Below are positions 39,946 to 50,500 of a stretch of DNA of 64,000 bases, piece by piece (the stretch's first letter is position 1; the number at the start of each line of letters is the position of its first letter). The position numbers were made by a program, and so were the translations under genes. This stretch comes from Candidatus Stahliibacteriota bacterium (lineage in GTDB: Bacteria; Hydrothermota; UBA3073; JACQXS01): assembly GCA_016208615.1 (NCBI GenBank), contig JACQXS010000121.1, positions 9,160-73,159 on the forward strand, in the 5' to 3' direction. The notes under the pieces are model-generated. The model ran no database searches. It had not been told where the DNA came from and saw only the letters and a program-made list of their open reading frames with translations.

Positions 39946-40971
39946 ATGGAACTCAATAAGGGTACATTTTCACAAATAAAGGTTGGAGCAAAAGCTTTTT
40001 TGATAATTACAGTTATTAGCATTACTGCTATTTTAGTCATTACTGCCAAAAAAGAAACCCTATCCAGTCTGCATCAAATAAGTCCATTTTTCCTATCTCT
40101 TGCTCTATTTACTTGTCTTCTACGGATGTACCTTGAGTGCCTGAGACTCCAAACTCTTACTTGGGCGTTTGGGAATTGGCTTGACTTCAAGTCAAGTACC
40201 GATTTTACCATAGGTGGCTACTTCCTTACGCTTACTCCTTTTGGGGCAGGTGGATTGCCATTGCAAATTTATATCCTTATGCGGAAGAAGTTTTCATTTG
40301 GCGAATCCAGTGCTATTATAGGGATGAGAGGGATTACGGGACTTGTTGCCTTTGCATTATTAGGCATACCTGCATTAAAGATTGCGCAACATACATTTAT
40401 AGGAGGCACAGGCATAAAAATTCTTTCCCGTTATCTATTAATACTTTACAGCATATTTTTTACTCTACTTATTTTAGTAATGGCAAAAACAGACTGGGTT
40501 AAATATCGTCTCTCGCGGTGGAATAAATTTTTCATCCGCCGCAAGAAATATAGGATGGCAGATTTTTTGGGCAACAAGGTATCTAATGAAATAGATAGAT
40601 TTAAGACTGGGCTAAAAACCAGTTGTCGTCAAGGCACATATAAACTAATACTTACGATTTTTCTCTCCTGTCTCTCGTTATTTATTTATACTCTCATAGC
40701 CCCGCTTATATTCATTGGACTTGGCATTGATGTCCCTATTATAGAGACGGCAATAATTCAGTTAGTTTTAACATTTGTGCTGATGTTTGCCCCAACTCCC
40801 GGTGGATCAGGTATTGCTGAGGGTATAGGGGTAGCAATTTTTAGAGATATATGCACTAAACCCGAATTACTCGGCGTATATGTAGTTTTGTGGAGATTCT
40901 TCTCTTACTATACAGGCGTAATACTTGGTGGCTTTATTATTTTACGAATGTTAGTCATAAAAAAGAATTGA
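39946..40971 (+). CDS. flippase-like (UPF0104 / MprF-type lysylphosphatidylglycerol synthase TM domain) membrane protein
   Basis: 341 aa, 8 TM; FAPTPGGSGIAEG motif. Confidence 0.55.
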   Translation: MELNKGTFSQIKVGAKAFLIITVISITAILVITAKKETLSSLHQISPFFLSLALFTCLLRMYLECLRLQTLTWAFGNWLDFKSSTDFTIGGYFLTLTPFGAGGLPLQIYILMRKKFSFGESSAIIGMRGITGLVAFALLGIPALKIAQHTFIGGTGIKILSRYLLILYSIFFTLLILVMAKTDWVKYRLSRWNKFFIRRKKYRMADFLGNKVSNEIDRFKTGLKTSCRQGTYKLILTIFLSCLSLFIYTLIAPLIFIGLGIDVPIIETAIIQLVLTFVLMFAPTPGGSGIAEGIGVAIFRDICTKPELLGVYVVLWRFFSYYTGVILGGFIILRMLVIKKN

Positions 40972-41003
40972 CAAGAGTAAATAATGTCATATCATAACTT
41001 ATT

Positions 41004-41621
41004 ATGCGATATATAGTGATTACCGGTGACCTTGTTGGGTCAAGTAAATTATTGGACAGAGGGAAGGTGCAGACGCAAGTCAAAGCTACACTTCACAAGA
41101 TGAATAGATTATTTCGGCAAGATATAGTAGTAGGATTTGCATTTTCAGGTGGCGACGAATTCCAAGGGTTAGTTAAATTAGGAGATAAAGTGTTTGCTCT
41201 GCTAAAGGAATTCCAAAAACAACTATACCCGGTTAAAGCATATTTTGGTATTGGCTATGGTGAAATAAGCACTCCTATAGCCAAGACAACCGTAGAAATG
41301 GATGGCGAATGTTTTCATAATTCAAGAAAAGCAATTGAATATGCCAAGAAATTACACCAAGAAATAGTGTTCATTACTGGAAATGAAGAAAAGAATACAA
41401 TTCTTAATACTGTTTTACAGTTAATTAGTGCCATTAAATCCTCATGGAACGATATCCATTACCGGAGGATATGGAAATACGAAGAACTAAATACATTAGA
41501 GCAAGTAGCAGAAAAAGAAGCCGTAAGTCTAAGGGCAATCTCTAAAACCTTGCAAGATGCTAAATATGATGCCATTAGAAATGCAGAAGACTTTATATGC
41601 CAGGAATTAACCCTAAAATGA
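41004..41621 (+). CDS. SatD-family protein
   Basis: N-terminal IVITGDLVGSSKL matches the SatD family start (recalled from memory). Confidence 0.4.
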   Translation: MRYIVITGDLVGSSKLLDRGKVQTQVKATLHKMNRLFRQDIVVGFAFSGGDEFQGLVKLGDKVFALLKEFQKQLYPVKAYFGIGYGEISTPIAKTTVEMDGECFHNSRKAIEYAKKLHQEIVFITGNEEKNTILNTVLQLISAIKSSWNDIHYRRIWKYEELNTLEQVAEKEAVSLRAISKTLQDAKYDAIRNAEDFICQELTLK

Positions 41622-41729
41622 AATTGAACCCCCAGAGGTTCAAAAATGAAATTGAACCCCCAGAGGTTCAAAAATGAAATTGAACCCCAGGAGGTTCAAA
41701 AATGAAATTGAACCCCCAGAGGTTCAAAA
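41616..41729. repeat. tandem array of 4 x 28-bp hairpin units (aaatgaaattgaacccccagaggttcaa)
   Basis: Each unit contains inverted repeat ttgaacc/ggttcaa; contiguous, no spacers. Confidence 0.9.
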
Positions 41730-41754
41730 GTGATTTTATGCAGAGAATGAGGAA

Positions 41755-42102
41755 ATGAAAGTAATTGTGGTATTAATAGGGTACATATTTAGTTTATTTG
41801 GTGGTAGTCTAATTGTATCTATTATTTGCAGTAAGTTCAAGATACCTGATATTGATAAGATTTCTGGTCTTACCGTAAAAGGGGCAGGCAAATATATTGG
41901 TTATTTTGAGCGGTTTATTGTTTTGACATTTATGTTATTAAATCAATATACTGCGATAGGGTTAGTTTTGACGGCTAAATCTATAGCAAGGTTTGAAGCC
42001 CTAAAGGAACGGGGAGTAGCTGAATATTATCTTATAGGAACTTTGTGTAGCATATCTATTGCCATTTTAGTCGGTGTAGGATTAAGATTCGTGATATTAT
42101 GA
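41755..42102 (+). CDS. DUF3307 (SatE-like) small membrane protein
   Basis: 115 aa, 3 TM; GKYIGYFERF motif. Confidence 0.4.
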   Translation: MKVIVVLIGYIFSLFGGSLIVSIICSKFKIPDIDKISGLTVKGAGKYIGYFERFIVLTFMLLNQYTAIGLVLTAKSIARFEALKERGVAEYYLIGTLCSISIAILVGVGLRFVIL

Positions 42103-42347
42103 GCCAAATTATACAGGTCAAGGTAATTCCTAATGCCAAGAAAAACGAAGTCAAGGAGGTGCAACCTCATAGAGAAGGTATGGAGCTTAAAGTCTATGTT
42201 ATGGCACCTCCAAGGAATGGCAAGGCAAACAAATTACTGCTTGAAGTTTTGGCAAAGCATTTTAATGTTCCTAAATCCAGGATGAGTATTCTAAGAGGCG
42301 AAAAGGCAAGGAATAAAGTTTTGCAAATCAGAGGTACGACCTCATAG
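42099..42347 (+). CDS. DUF167 / YggU-family protein
   Basis: 82 aa; VKVxPNAKKNEV...APPxNGKANKxLLExLAKxFxVxKSxxxIxxGEKxRNKV pattern. Confidence 0.7.
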   Translation: MSQIIQVKVIPNAKKNEVKEVQPHREGMELKVYVMAPPRNGKANKLLLEVLAKHFNVPKSRMSILRGEKARNKVLQIRGTTS

Positions 42348-42356
42348 AAGACAGAG

Positions 42357-44435
42357 ATGGAATTTAAGTTAGTTTCACAATTTAAGCCTACGGGAGACCA
42401 GCCGAAAGCTATTAAAGAGTTAGTTGCTGGTATCAGAAGGGAGGTGCGACCTCAAGGTGATAAGTTTCAGACTTTACTGGGAGTGACCGGGTCGGGTAAA
42501 ACATTTACTATTGCCAATGTGATACAAGAAATACAGAAGCCTACCCTTATTATTTCACACAACAAAACATTAGCGGCTCAACTTTATGGTGAATTTAAGG
42601 GCTTCTTTCCTCATAATGCGGTTGAGTATTTTATAAGCTATTATGACTACTATCAGCCGGAGGCATATCTTCCCGTGACTGATACTTACATTGAAAAAGA
42701 TGCCTCTATAAATGCTGAAATAGGGCGTATGCGTCTTAATGCGGCATCCGCCTTGATAGAGCGTCAAGATGTTATTATAGTAGCCAGTGTCTCTTGTATT
42801 TATGGGCTTGGGTCTCCTGAGGAATTTAAAAAATATGTTGTCAGTATTAGGGAAGGAGTTGAGCTAGCGCGAGATGATTTAATTAACAGACTTATTAATA
42901 TTCATTATGTTCGTAATGATATAGAGTTTGAGTATAGCACTTTTAGGGTCAAGGGTGATGTAGTAGAAATCTATCTCTCTAATGAGGATATAGGCATAAG
43001 AATAGAGTTTTTGGGTGATAAAGTAGATAAGATTTTCAAAATTCATCCCGTGACTATGGAAGTCATAGAAACTCTACCAAGTGTTCATATTTATCCGGCT
43101 AAGCATTTTGTTTTCTCTCAACCTACTCTTGATAAAGCAATTATAGGTATAGAGAAAGAATTAGCTGAACAGTTACAGTATTTTCGTTCTCACGGCAAAT
43201 TACTTGAGGCACAGCGCCTTGAGAGTCGTACTCACTATGATATAGAGTTAATGCGTGAAATCGGTTATTGTTCTGGGGTTGAAAACTATTCGCGATGGTT
43301 ATCGGGTCGTCAACCGGGTAGCCGACCCTCGTGTTTGATTGACTATTTTCCTAAAGACTATTTAATGGTAATAGATGAATCTCATGTTAGCATCCCTCAG
43401 TTAAATGGTATGTATAATGGTGACAGAATGCGTAAGAGCGTACTTATAGAATATGGGTTTAGATTACCTTCGGCGTTGGATAATCGGCCACTTATGTTTA
43501 ATGAGTTTTTGGCTCTTGTGAATCAAGCCATTTTTACAAGTGCAACGCCTGCGGATTTTGAAACTACTCACAGCACTCAGATAGTTGAGCAGGTAATAAG
43601 GCCAACGGGTCTTATAGACCCTAAAATTATTGTCAAACCTACTCTTGGTCAGATAGATGATTTAATCTCCTGTATAAAAGAAAGGGCTACTCAGCATGAG
43701 CGTGTACTTGTTACTACACTTACTAAACATATGGCAGAAGAGCTGGCAAACTATCTAACAAAGGAAGGTATAAAAGTACGCTGGTTACACTCGGACCTTA
43801 ATGCTATAGAAAGAGTAGATATATTAAGAGGTTTGCGGCTTGAGGATTTTGACTGCTTAGTGGGAATTAATTTATTGCGTGAAGGACTTGATTTGCCAGA
43901 GGTATCGCTTGTTGCCATTCTTGATGCTGACAGGGAAGGTTTTTTGCGTTCATTTACTTCGCTTATACAGATAACGGGAAGGACAGCCAGAAATGTTCAT
44001 TCCGAAGTTATAATGTATGCGGATAATATAACTACTTCAATGGAAAAGGCAATTAATGAAACTAATAGGCGAAGGGATTTGCAAATAGAATATAATACAT
44101 TACATAACATAATCCCAACAACCATCTACAAGACGCGGGAAGAAATTTTAAGCTCTACAATAGTAGCACACAAAACTAACAAGATTGATGAACCTAATGA
44201 GATTAACGATAAGTATTTGTCTAAAATAGATAAACTTGAGTTAATTCGTCGGCTTGATAAGGAGATGAAGTTACTTGCTCGGGGCTTAAAATTTGAGGCA
44301 GCCGCTAAAATAAGAGATAGGTTGCGGGAGCTTAAAAATGATGTTAAAGAGGATAGTGAAGTTAGCGTTGCTGGAGGATATAGGAAAGGGCGATATCACC
44401 ACAACAGCTCTTATTCCAAGTACACTAAAAGGTAA
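42357..44435 (+). CDS. uvrB: excinuclease ABC subunit B
   Basis: 692 aa; GVTGSGKTFT Walker A, helicase motifs, UvrB/UvrC-interaction domain; C-terminal about 30 aa appear to be read-through overlapping nadC. Confidence 0.9.
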   Translation: MEFKLVSQFKPTGDQPKAIKELVAGIRREVRPQGDKFQTLLGVTGSGKTFTIANVIQEIQKPTLIISHNKTLAAQLYGEFKGFFPHNAVEYFISYYDYYQPEAYLPVTDTYIEKDASINAEIGRMRLNAASALIERQDVIIVASVSCIYGLGSPEEFKKYVVSIREGVELARDDLINRLINIHYVRNDIEFEYSTFRVKGDVVEIYLSNEDIGIRIEFLGDKVDKIFKIHPVTMEVIETLPSVHIYPAKHFVFSQPTLDKAIIGIEKELAEQLQYFRSHGKLLEAQRLESRTHYDIELMREIGYCSGVENYSRWLSGRQPGSRPSCLIDYFPKDYLMVIDESHVSIPQLNGMYNGDRMRKSVLIEYGFRLPSALDNRPLMFNEFLALVNQAIFTSATPADFETTHSTQIVEQVIRPTGLIDPKIIVKPTLGQIDDLISCIKERATQHERVLVTTLTKHMAEELANYLTKEGIKVRWLHSDLNAIERVDILRGLRLEDFDCLVGINLLREGLDLPEVSLVAILDADREGFLRSFTSLIQITGRTARNVHSEVIMYADNITTSMEKAINETNRRRDLQIEYNTLHNIIPTTIYKTREEILSSTIVAHKTNKIDEPNEINDKYLSKIDKLELIRRLDKEMKLLARGLKFEAAAKIRDRLRELKNDVKEDSEVSVAGGYRKGRYHHNSSYSKYTKR

Positions 44436-45204
44436 CGCTGTTATAATAGCCAAAGAAGAAGGTGTACTTGCAGGTGGTAATGTAGCATATGAGGTTTTTA
44501 GGAGTTTAGACACGGAAATTAGATTTGAACAAGTAGTTCCGGATGGAAGTAAATTTAAGTTTGGGAGTATCCTATTTAATATAGAAGGCAAAATAGCCGC
44601 AATGATTACAGGAGAGCGGACGGCATTAAACTTTTTACAACATTTATCAGGCGTAGCTACTCTGACGAGTAAATTTGTTGAAAAAGTAGCCGGGACAGGA
44701 GTAAAGATTATAGACACCCGCAAAACTATACCGGGATTGAGAGGACTTGAAAAATATGCCGTTAAGTGTGGTGGTGGCGAGAATCACAGAATGGGACTTT
44801 GGGATATGATTTTGATTAAAGATAATCACATTATGGCAGCGGGCGGGATAAAGGAAGCAATATCAAAATGCAAAATGCAAAATGCAAAATGCAAAACCGA
44901 AGTTGAAGTTAAAAGTTTGGATGAGTTAGATGAAGTAATTAAGTATCCCATAGACCGGGTTATGCTGGATAATATGAGTATCACGCAAATAAAGGAAGCA
45001 GTTAAGAAATGCAAAATGCAAAATGCAAAATGCAAAATTGAGGTCTCAGGGGGTGTGAATTTAGACAATGTAAGAGAGATAGCCGAGGCCGGAGTGGGCT
45101 ATATTTCAGTGGGTGCATTGACTCATTCTGCTCCTGCAATAGATATAAGTCTTAAAGTTAAAAACGATATTAACGATAAGGTAAAAGGAGGGTTAAAAAA
45201 ATGA
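44338..45204 (+). CDS. nadC: nicotinate-nucleotide pyrophosphorylase (quinolinate phosphoribosyltransferase)
   Basis: LALxEDIGxGDITT N-terminus, TRKTIPGLR, KDNHI motifs; two in-frame KCKMQNAKCK heptamer-repeat insertions. Confidence 0.85.
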   Translation: MMLKRIVKLALLEDIGKGDITTTALIPSTLKGNAVIIAKEEGVLAGGNVAYEVFRSLDTEIRFEQVVPDGSKFKFGSILFNIEGKIAAMITGERTALNFLQHLSGVATLTSKFVEKVAGTGVKIIDTRKTIPGLRGLEKYAVKCGGGENHRMGLWDMILIKDNHIMAAGGIKEAISKCKMQNAKCKTEVEVKSLDELDEVIKYPIDRVMLDNMSITQIKEAVKKCKMQNAKCKIEVSGGVNLDNVREIAEAGVGYISVGALTHSAPAIDISLKVKNDINDKVKGGLKK

Positions 45205-45725
45205 TTATTTTATACATATTACTTACGCAACAAGGCATAGGACTTACTTCTGCTTACAATTATATGTTAGTTAATAGTCTTGGTCAATCAGAGGAGCAGA
45301 ATATAGCGGGTGATTTTGTTACTGTTCAGACACTTATTGCCATAGCCCATGCATCTGTAGTACCGCTCAGTTTTGCCCTTGAAAAGGGTAGTCCATATGA
45401 AATGCAGTGGGAAACTATTATTCCTGTGCTTGCCAGTGATATTGGTGGTGGCTTACTTGGTGGACATTTAGGTGGGATGATTTGTCGTGGCTGGGTAAGT
45501 AGGGATGAGTCAGATATTCGTGCATTTCTTAAATCTTTTGTGGCGGGGCTTTTTGCAGGTGTTGTATGGGGGGGGGTAACTTCGGCATCTTGGGCAATAA
45601 CGACTCGTGACTATTCGCACGAGGGAAAGAATGTAGGGTATGATGGAAGCCTATATGGTAGTGTGGCAGGATGCGTTGTCCTTAGTAGTATTACTCATGC
45701 AATAGTAGTTATATTACGCAAATGA
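45201..45725 (+). CDS. hypothetical Gly-rich membrane protein
   Basis: 174-aa ORF overlapping the nadC stop by 4 bp. Confidence 0.35.
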   Translation: MIILYILLTQQGIGLTSAYNYMLVNSLGQSEEQNIAGDFVTVQTLIAIAHASVVPLSFALEKGSPYEMQWETIIPVLASDIGGGLLGGHLGGMICRGWVSRDESDIRAFLKSFVAGLFAGVVWGGVTSASWAITTRDYSHEGKNVGYDGSLYGSVAGCVVLSSITHAIVVILRK

Positions 45726-45868
45726 GAATTCAAAAATCAGAGATTAATAGAAACTTGTTGAAACTAATGGAGATTTGTAGAAACACAGATTTTTATTTCC
45801 ACTTAATTTCTACGAATCTCTATAAATCTCTGTTTGCTTTTCGCTTTTTGAGTTTTGAACTTTGAGCT

Positions 45869-46825
45869 TTGACATTTGAACTTTTAATTAAAGGTATGAA
45901 ATTACTTTCATTAAGAGATGTATATGGTGAGACTCTTGTAGAGTTAGGTAGGTCAAATCCGAATATAGTAGTGCTTGATGCTGACCTTGCCTTTTCTACT
46001 AAAACCCACTTATTTAAGGAATTTTTTCCTGATAGATTTTTTGATTTAGGGCTTGCAGAAGCTGATATGATGTCCACGGCGGCTGGACTTGCTTCTTGTG
46101 GGAAAATAGTATTTGCTTCTACATTTGCCATTTTTGCTACTGGTAGAGCATATGAACAGATACGCTTATCAATCAACTATTCCCAATTATCTGTTAAAAT
46201 TGTTGCCACACATGCTGGACTGGCAACAGGAGCGGATGGTTATTCCCATCAAGCACTTGAAGATATTGCCTTAATGAGAGTTTTACCTAATATGCAGGTC
46301 ATCGCTCCTTGTGATACAGAACAGGTAAGTTCTATTATTAAGACAATTGCCCAAATAGATGGTCCATTTTATGTTAGATTGCCTAAAATATCTCTGCCTA
46401 AAATTTATGAACACTTTGAATTTCAACCGGGTTGTTCCGTTGTGCTACGGGAAGGCAATGATATTACTATTGGTGCCATTGGACCTATGGTTGCAGAAGC
46501 ATTGGAGGCACACAATATATTAAAGTCAAAAGGTATAAGTGCACGAATTATTGATTTCGTATCTGTTAAGCCAATTGATGAAACAGCCATTAAAAAAGCG
46601 TGCATAGAAACTAAAGCATTCATCACTTGTGAAGACCATTCTGTTATTGGTGGTTTAGGTGATGCCGTTGCGAAAGTTATTTTAGAATATAAGCCAATAC
46701 CTCATTTTAGAGTCGGAGTACAAGATACTTTTAGCGAATCCGGTGACCATACAGACTTGTACAATAAATATGGTCTTATGGCTAATCATATCGCTAACTA
46801 TGCTATTAAACTATTAGACTCTTAA
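45869..46825 (+). CDS. transketolase, C-terminal (pyrimidine-binding) subunit
   Basis: ...GLAEADMMSTAAGLASCGK...THAGLATGADGYSHQALEDIALMR... Confidence 0.8.
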   Translation: MTFELLIKGMKLLSLRDVYGETLVELGRSNPNIVVLDADLAFSTKTHLFKEFFPDRFFDLGLAEADMMSTAAGLASCGKIVFASTFAIFATGRAYEQIRLSINYSQLSVKIVATHAGLATGADGYSHQALEDIALMRVLPNMQVIAPCDTEQVSSIIKTIAQIDGPFYVRLPKISLPKIYEHFEFQPGCSVVLREGNDITIGAIGPMVAEALEAHNILKSKGISARIIDFVSVKPIDETAIKKACIETKAFITCEDHSVIGGLGDAVAKVILEYKPIPHFRVGVQDTFSESGDHTDLYNKYGLMANHIANYAIKLLDS

Positions 46826-46829
46826 CTTT

Positions 46830-47501
46830 ATGATTGAATTTATAGGAGTGTACAAGTTTAATTTAAGGAATCTAAACTTCAAGATAGAGGACAGAGAATT
46901 TGTTAATCTGGTCGGTCAGGGTGGGACTGGCAAAACTACTATCCTGAAATTGGCATACGGTGAAATAACTCCTGATCGAGGGACAATAGTTATAAATCCC
47001 AAATCCCAAACTCCAAATCCAAATGCCCGCTTAAGAATAGGATATATTACTCAATCTAATACATTTCTTGAAGATAAGGATGTCTTAACTAACCTTGAGT
47101 TTCCACTTAAATTTTTAGGCAACCATAATAGACAAGAGATGCTTTCTGTCCTAAACAAATTGGGACTGGATAAATATTGTAAATCCAAAGTTCGCGACCT
47201 TCCTTGTTCTGCTCGCCAATTGCTTAAAATAGCACTCTCGGTAGTAAAGAATCCTATATTATTGCTTGTAGATGAGCCATTAGCGAATCTTGACCCTGAC
47301 CAATCTTCCACAGTATTGACTCTTCTTAAAGATATGCATTCTACCGGGACAACTATCTTGCTCGCTACATCCCTACCAGTTCAGTCTGAGACAAAAGAAC
47401 TTCACTTAATCAATGACGAGATAATGAAATCTGCCCCGCCTGCTGCGGGATTTCCAACAGGATTTTCACCAGAATATAATAGTGAGCAAGAAACAAGTTA
47501 A
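46830..47501 (+). CDS. divergent ABC-type ATPase (FtsE-like); C-terminus encoded by repeat family 1
   Basis: GQGGTGKTT degenerate Walker A, LLLVDEP Walker B; internal aaatcccaaa microrepeat; last about 20 aa from repeat 47431-47470. Confidence 0.45.
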   Translation: MIEFIGVYKFNLRNLNFKIEDREFVNLVGQGGTGKTTILKLAYGEITPDRGTIVINPKSQTPNPNARLRIGYITQSNTFLEDKDVLTNLEFPLKFLGNHNRQEMLSVLNKLGLDKYCKSKVRDLPCSARQLLKIALSVVKNPILLLVDEPLANLDPDQSSTVLTLLKDMHSTGTTILLATSLPVQSETKELHLINDEIMKSAPPAAGFPTGFSPEYNSEQETS

Positions 47502-47547
47502 AAGTTCTCCACCAGAGGGCGGATCAGCCTCAGGCTAAAAAGGTTTA

Positions 47548-50500
47548 TTAGAAGCTAAATTCAGCAAAAAATCTTACCCCCACGCTTCTTGTATTTCCTG
47601 TTCCTGTCTGGTACCAGTTTTGAGTATAAGACATATTGGCACCACCAGTTATGGCAGTTGAGAAATTGTAACTTAATTGCGGTAATATACTAATAGACCT
47701 GGTGTCTTTTGTTGTAGTATTGCTTTTTACATTTTTAGACCAGTCAGTTGAATAACTTGTAGTAAGTGCAAAATTCAGGTCGCTTGTCCATTTTACCCGC
47801 GATAATAGGGGTATTTTTATTCCCTTAGGCGCACGGAATGTGTATCCTCCTTGTAATGAATAGTCTGCTCTTTTACTTTCAATAATTCCCGTTCCTGCAC
47901 CTACTGTTTCATTTCGTCCCGTATTAAAGATACTTGATAAATTAAGAGATATACCTCGTTTCCACTGACTTTGTACTCCTAATCCATAGTTTTGGGTTTG
48001 CGAGATACTCGTAAAAGGTTGCGCTTTTTGGCCCGATTTATTCCAATTTGTTGTGTAGTCAACTGAAGTGGTTATAGAGTTGAACCATTTGTTTAATGTA
48101 ATAAATCTCTCTAACCCTGATATTGACAAATCCATCTGTGGATATTTAGTACTCACAGATTGTGTTATACTATTCATTCTTTCTGCTTCACCAATAGTTT
48201 TACTCCATCCTCCTGTAAGTGTAAGCAATCCGGCTGAAAATCCTACCCGCGATATTCCATAATTCCAACTAATTTGTGCTCCATTGCGTCCATCTTCTAT
48301 CCAGTTTTCGGGCTCATCCGCAATCCCCCATCTATATTTGTAATCAGGTGGGTCAGATAAAGAATAAAATTGCGATGCCTTTGCTATAGAATATGACAAT
48401 GAAGGTATATGGAGTTTACGAGATAGCTTTTCTGTTTGCATTAAAATCCATTGTGGTGTTCCTTTTTTGGCGGTAGAGTCTTTATTTTCATCTCTTAAGC
48501 GAGTTATAATGCCTAATGATTTATTCAAATTAACAGGTATATCAAAAGCCAAGCTATTAGTGTTAGATACATTTCTAAGTAATCCGAGTTCTGCTGTATG
48601 CGTTTCTTGACAGGTAGTAGCATAGTTGACTTTGGGCGATAAGAAGCCAAAAACAGATGGCGAAAAGCTAACTCCTACCCTCTCACCTCTACCTGTCTCG
48701 GTATCGTGTTTATTAGTTGTTGTATCATATCTTGAAGTATCGGCTTCAAGATTTAAATCATTAGTCATTGACATAGAGTATGTAAGAGAGAGCGGATTTA
48801 TTGGAATATATGAAAACCCTCCTCCCTTAGCTATGTTGCGTTCCGGGGGTGCAGGATTAGTAAGCGTATATACGGAGTCAACTGTATTATTCACCGTATC
48901 TTTAACTTCTGTTAATCTGTATCCTCTTGCCCTTGAGTAAGAGTAGCTCGTATTGGCATCTATTCTTTGCGGATAATACCTAATTTCCATACCCCTAATT
49001 TTAATTGCCGGTAACTTGGGCGCATACCCATACCCCATAGAACCCGAGTAGCTTTGCGCTGTATCAATAGTAGTAAATGCATTAGAGAAGGCATCTCTAT
49101 AACTAACCCGCGTACTAAGATTATCTAATGTTAGCCGTAGTAATCTATTTTTACTTCCTGACTTTGCCAAACTAATACCAGCTGTTCTTGTAAGAGAGTT
49201 TGAAGTTTGGTGTTTGGTTTGTTCTTCTGTCAGTATAATATCAGACCCGGTTTGATATTTGGGCAAACTTGTAGTTCTCGTAATTCCCAAATCTAATGGT
49301 ATAGCAATGCCCCACTGCGATGGGAATAATTTAGATACCTGTATGCCACTATGTAGATTGAGTGAGCGATTAGAATTTGTAGCATAAGCTTCTCTCATAG
49401 TCGTAAAAGTAGATAGATTTTGAAAATATGGGTCGCTTGTCCTATAAGAAAGACTAATATCCGCAAAATCAGCCATTTTCGTAGATATACTTACATTAGC
49501 CGCTACACCACTTTCTCGTCTTGGGTCAGTTAATCTTAATTCATCTATCCATATTTCGCCGGATATTTTTTCTGTCCCTTCATTAATCACGCCAAGTTTT
49601 ACTCTTCCTATATTCGTAAAAGAAGGATTACCTCGTATCCTGTAATTCCCATAAACAAAAATTGCAGTATCCGTAGTTGACTTTTTAAGCTTTAATTGTG
49701 CGAGGTCTTCAAGGTTTATTTCGATTTCGTGCCACGCCTCGTCTTGGAAATCTGTTCTATACTCATAATAATTTGAATTATCCCCTCCTACTCTAATAAA
49801 AACTTTTGCTTCCCCTTTTTCTCTAACCCAAAACTTTAATGTCTGGTATTGAATAAAGTTTCGCGCTCTTGTGTAGAGAGTATAGCAGCCCCCTTCATTT
49901 AGACTATCAACAGTATCCAATTCAGTATAGGTTAAAACTAACGACTGTTCTTTTTCTTTTCTCCCCAATTGGTCGGTTTTAATAACAACCGAAGGCGGTG
50001 TAAAATAATCTAAATCTTCCTCATTATTTTTGACTCTTATTTTAACTTGTTCACTGCCTTCGTGTCTCCATGATTTAGTACCTACAATATCCATAGCCGC
50101 AATCTCAATAGAATCACCTTTAGAAATACTATCTACCCAAATTCTTGCATATTTAATACATTCCCATTGTGGCAATCCTACTTTATTAGAATCACCCTTA
50201 ATAAGCGGGATTCTAAAAAACTTCCACCCATTACTATGCTCTATAGTTGGGGTATCGTTTTCCATATCAACAGTAAAAGCGAAATAGTTAGAAGTCTGGT
50301 TGAGCAGCTGATTACGGTCAAGGTCTTCGCCATCCAATTGACTGTTCCCTTCGGTGCCATTAATTTTAGAATAATCATTGGGATTGCTGGCATTATAGTA
50401 ATAGTCATCATTTCCGTCATCTCCTGTCACCAAAGTACCATCTGTTCCATCAATTCCATCTATTCCATTATCTTCTCCTATATCTAATATATTATTACCA

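Noticed and set aside
41616-41729. Possible CRISPR array (regular 28-bp repeats)
   Set aside because: Units are contiguous with no spacers. The same holds for the 21-bp arrays at 21921-22072 and 62817-62900. No cas genes are present in the window.
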